Positions 60,033 through 64,000 of a DNA stretch of 64,000 nucleotides are shown here, piece after piece. Every line of letters begins with the position of its first letter. Position 1 is the stretch's first letter. This DNA is from Eledone cirrhosa (taxonomy: Eukaryota). Both the position numbers and the translations under genes were made by a program. The stretch spans positions 345,774,001-345,838,000 of the forward strand of contig OZ024740.1 in the NCBI GenBank assembly GCA_964016885.1. The letters are read 5' to 3'. A model generated the notes under the pieces. The model worked only from the letters and a program-made list of their open reading frames with translations, made no database searches and was not told where the DNA came from.

Positions 60033-62159
60033 TCTTCTTTGAACTCCACGTCTCACTCTCTCTCTTGTTATACCTCCTCTCCTTATTATTTATCTCAAGC
60101 TCTACTGCTCTTCCATAAACCCAAATCCGTAACAGCAGGAAAAAATAAAATAAACCAACAATTCATTTAGCGATAGCACTTCTTTTTCCGTCTTCTCATG
60201 ACATGTTTTGCTATAGCTACTTGTCGACAGTAATTCAGGAACAGATCAAGTTACAGATCAGTAACGGAGAACAAGCAGTCTATTTCCTAGTGGCAAAAAA
60301 ATATAAAAAAAGCAACACTAACAACTATTCTATTATTGAGATACCTTAGCCACTAACATTTTGTAAGCAACTAACACTGACCGAGTCATTGTTGTTAATG
60401 ATAGAGGCAGTGAGGAGCAAGTGAATAATTTTAAGTTAAATAAACAAATAAAATCAAATAGCTGTCTATTGTGATTGATTCATATTATATGGAGAGAGAA
60501 CGGGATAGAGAAAGAAAGAGACAATGAAAGGAACAATGAAAATATATACATTAAAATATATACGAATTTTACGTACGACTTACTTCATGTACACCCTTGG
60601 AAACATGTAGTTGTTTGGTTAAGACGTTAATTGTGTAAATACGTATGACAGAGTTCGATTAAATACGGCCCAAAGAAACTTACAGAAATGAATTATAGAA
60701 TGGCTTCTGTCTGCCTTCTTAATGTTCGTCTTAAAGAGTTACTTGATGCGAAGACATCGCAGAAGTTACGTTCTTGAGGTGCCGCATACTGAGATAGAAA
60801 ACGAAACGATATAACTGTGAAGTAATTGTGGATATTTTAATCAATTTGTCATCAATTTGTCACTGTGAACGTGAACGTACATTTTGTTCACGCCACATGC
60901 AGACTAATACGCAGACACTTTTTCATAAGTCGAACGACAGACTATTAATGGATGCTCATAATTTGTAAAAATTTGACATTCAAAACAAATTAGATCATAC
61001 CCGAATTTTCTTTTCTCACTACATTTTCGGAAAGGCAACCTTATACTAAAAAACGACAAAGGAAACAACGGCTTTACATTTTCTACCTGTCTGACAGTGC
61101 AATCACTAAACCTGTGAACACCAAGCATGGATATTAACGCGAAATAGATGTCATTCTGATTCTCCATTCTTCATAGTTATCCACCAAATCTTGCATAGCA
61201 ACGCGTTTTTCTTGCCTTTTCTCATATGACACTTTGTTTGTTTACGAATATTTGCATGACGAAAGGGTGTTATAATGTCTCTTTATAGAGTACGATTCAA
61301 TGATGGTCGAGCTTAATCTTTCTTAAAGTAAAACATTTGTAAATAATCATAACTTCCGGTCATTCACAAGCACTACTTGTAATATGTAGCCCAGTACAAC
61401 CTGTCGAATGGCCGGGTCGTCGGTGACAAAGTGGCTACCCTTTCAAACTACCTTGGTGAGGAGGGTGATGTTTTTTAACATCCTGCGGGTGATGTTTTTT
61501 TGACATACTGCGTGGAGTAACTCATAATAATCAACGGCAATCCAAATGTATACAGGGAGAGGGAAACTGGCGGAAAAAGTTAAATCAGTCGAAGATAAAT
61601 CAGTTGCTGGACGACCCAGCCCATGCTGGGCCATCGAATTTCCATCTGGTTTCGCCTGAAAAGTTGGTGTGATTCTGTAGCTTTTAGACCTTGTACAGAT
61701 AATAGACCACGTTTTATTCAAAAGACCTATAGTGTTAGCGATAGCATGACATGTACAAGCCTGTAACAAATACACACTTAGGTGACACGAGATATTGATA
61801 GTTTTGTTTAGAAAATAGGTTCCCATGGTTTTCCATGGATAGCACTGCTCACCTGTTAGGCAGGAGGGATCTAGAAAAGCTTGTCTAAATAAAGCTTGCC
61901 TATATTTAAGCTAGCCAGCCACACGTAGCTGGGGCTGTTCAATTATGTGGCAACAATTCTTGTAATCAAAATGAAATGTCTAATCAGACAAAGGATGAAC
62001 AGAATAGAGCTTCGATGACATCTTCGAAAATTTCGCCAAGGGACGGGCACAGGCTACTGTATTTACCAGGCTCAAAGAATCTGTAACATTTTCCATCCGC
62101 ATCAACTGGGTATTGCCGCACGCTCTAAAATACGGCTACCCACAGATAGACAGTTAGAT

Positions 62160-62960
62160 GCCAGAGTGAGGATGCACATTATTCTAGAAATAATAGCCAT
62201 TCTCGTCTGCCTCTTCAAGAAGGAACCCAAAGATGTTTTTGATAATTACCGTGATTCTCTTTACTATCAGCTGCTGGTAATATCTTTTTCAGTATTCTTC
62301 TTAATCATTTGTGATGTATGTTGCACTAACATCCTGCCAAAACTTCGGTATTGACCTGAAAAGCAATATATTCCACCAACCAGATATGTCACAGGGAAAA
62401 TATTGAAGGTTGCGATTATTCATCTATCTGAGTAATAATCCTCAAGAAACAACACACTTGATGAAGATATAAACAAGGTTCCGATGATTTTAGTAACCCG
62501 GAGAAACGCCTGTGGTTACAGGCAGATATCAATGTGTGCACGGAAATTAAAGTGTATCAAGCATGGGTACATACAACTGTTAGGATGTGAGACGTGAACA
62601 TAGTGTTAACATATCTATTGCCACCTAAAATGCTTGCGCTCTATTCTCAATATCACATGGGGGAATCATACACCAGGCACGGATGTGCTACATGGGGCCT
62701 GTCTGCTAAGCATTGAGTCGATAATTATGAAACACCCTGCCCGGTGGCCAGGTCCCATAGTACACCTAGAGCAGAGCAGACTCCCAAAAGCAAGTATTGC
62801 AAGAAGTAGTGTTGCAAAGCAAATGCCTGCAGTGTAAGGTATCCAAGTTCTTTAAAGACCTTATAAAAGATACTCCGAAGAAGATCAACATCAACACCGA
62901 AACATGGGAATATTTTGCAGCAGAGCCCATTTTGTCTAAAATGTTTGCCTCTATTATCTT
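62160..62960 (+). mobile_element. Old RTE (BovB-like) LINE fragment
   Basis: LRSILNITW..DVL..SIESIIMK..RWPGPIV.LEQSRLPK C-terminal motifs. Confidence 0.6.
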
Positions 62961-63239
62961 CTTTTCATGTTTGAGTATAGGCTTGAGGAAGTCATCTTGG
63001 GTGTTGTGGAGGTAGCTATCCAATCCAATGCATGCGGTTTCGTATGCAACTTCCTGTTATAGGAGAACTCCCCCGCTTTCACTCCTTGAGATATACAGCT
63101 TATGTACATCGGCTCTAGTGTGATGCATTTTCTCGATTGTCAATATATTCCTGTTCATCCCTTGTAATTCCTGCATGTTCAAGATTATGGTGTTAAAGTT
63201 GCCTGATGCCTCGGGTAGAGCTAGGCTGTTAATGTGTTA

Positions 63240-64000
63240 CCAGTTTCACTCTCTTCATGTATCCCTTCCGTATATTTTCTTTCACACATGAATGGTAGAT
63301 TCCGTTTCCTTCATTAATTCTAAGATATTGGTAAAACTCTTTATTGTTCAGCTCCTTTATGGTGGTTTACTGGTTTATGACAGTGTTTTGGCTGCTATAG
63401 AGCAACGCTCTCTTGAACGTTGCTTTTGAACTCTCATTCAATCGAAATCCTATATGGATGTCTTCACTGAATTGTTTCACTCTGTCCAGTAGACATTCCA
63501 GCAACCCATCATTGCTTACAAATTGTTTGATACCATTAGTGTGTGTTGTATACTTTATATGCATAGCTTGTCCTGAGAAGTAACTGACTTAATGGAGCTA
63601 GTGACATACAGAGCAGCAAAGGGGACAATCAGTCACTTTGGAATATTCGATGATTGATTTTAATCTACGTAGATTCCAGTGACTCATTGCAGTGTCGCAG
63701 GATCATGGTAGTTTTCCAGTTTGTCACCATCAGTTTCAGGAAAGTTGTGACATCAGATACTATATGATACATCTCTAATGCCTTTGTTATCCAAGAATGA
63801 GGTAAGCTGTCAATGACTTCTTGTAGTTTATCAAAGTCATTGGCAGGTGTTTATTCTTCTGTTTACAGTTTTCCGTTATGAGTGTATTTATTAGTAGCTG
63901 ATCGTTTTACACGTAGCTTTCTCGTTTACAGCCTTTGCGCTCAGGTGACAATATACGTGCACGCTTGAGCTGATGGTAGATCCTGTTGGTGATCACTAAT
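63240..64000 (-). mobile_element. Decayed R4/Dong-like LINE RT fragment
   Basis: Minus strand DSLPHSWI, IFQSD*LSPL, VKQFSEDIHIGF motifs. Confidence 0.65.

Overview
AT-rich, microsatellite-dense animal genomic DNA. The SINE family, LINE set and (TA)n load point to an octopus or other coleoid cephalopod (inference). No intact host gene is visible; one candidate 27-nt microexon lies on the minus strand. Recognisable transposons are a near-complete decayed RTE-clade LINE (15.3-18.4 kb), an internally deleted Tx1/L1-like LINE (36.4-40.4 kb) with two related fragments, two R4/Dong-like RT fragments, other RTE fragments, ten tRNA-derived SINE copies (several with TSDs) and a tiny Tc1/mariner-type MITE. 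The main unexplained structure is a set of short non-coding islands in (TA)n tracts, from about 8 sequence-distinct families. Most carry a minimal type I hammerhead ribozyme (HHR) fold: stem I-CUGANGA-stem II-GAAA-palindromic stem III-UH-stem I. Most are arranged as perfect foldbacks, internal inversions or tandem copies with a one-sided tail. This is the architecture of Penelope-like element (PLE) pseudo-LTRs and non-LTR retrozymes, and suggests a diverse non-autonomous, (TA)n-associated ribozyme retroelement system. All folds and alignments were read by eye; nothing was computed or searched.
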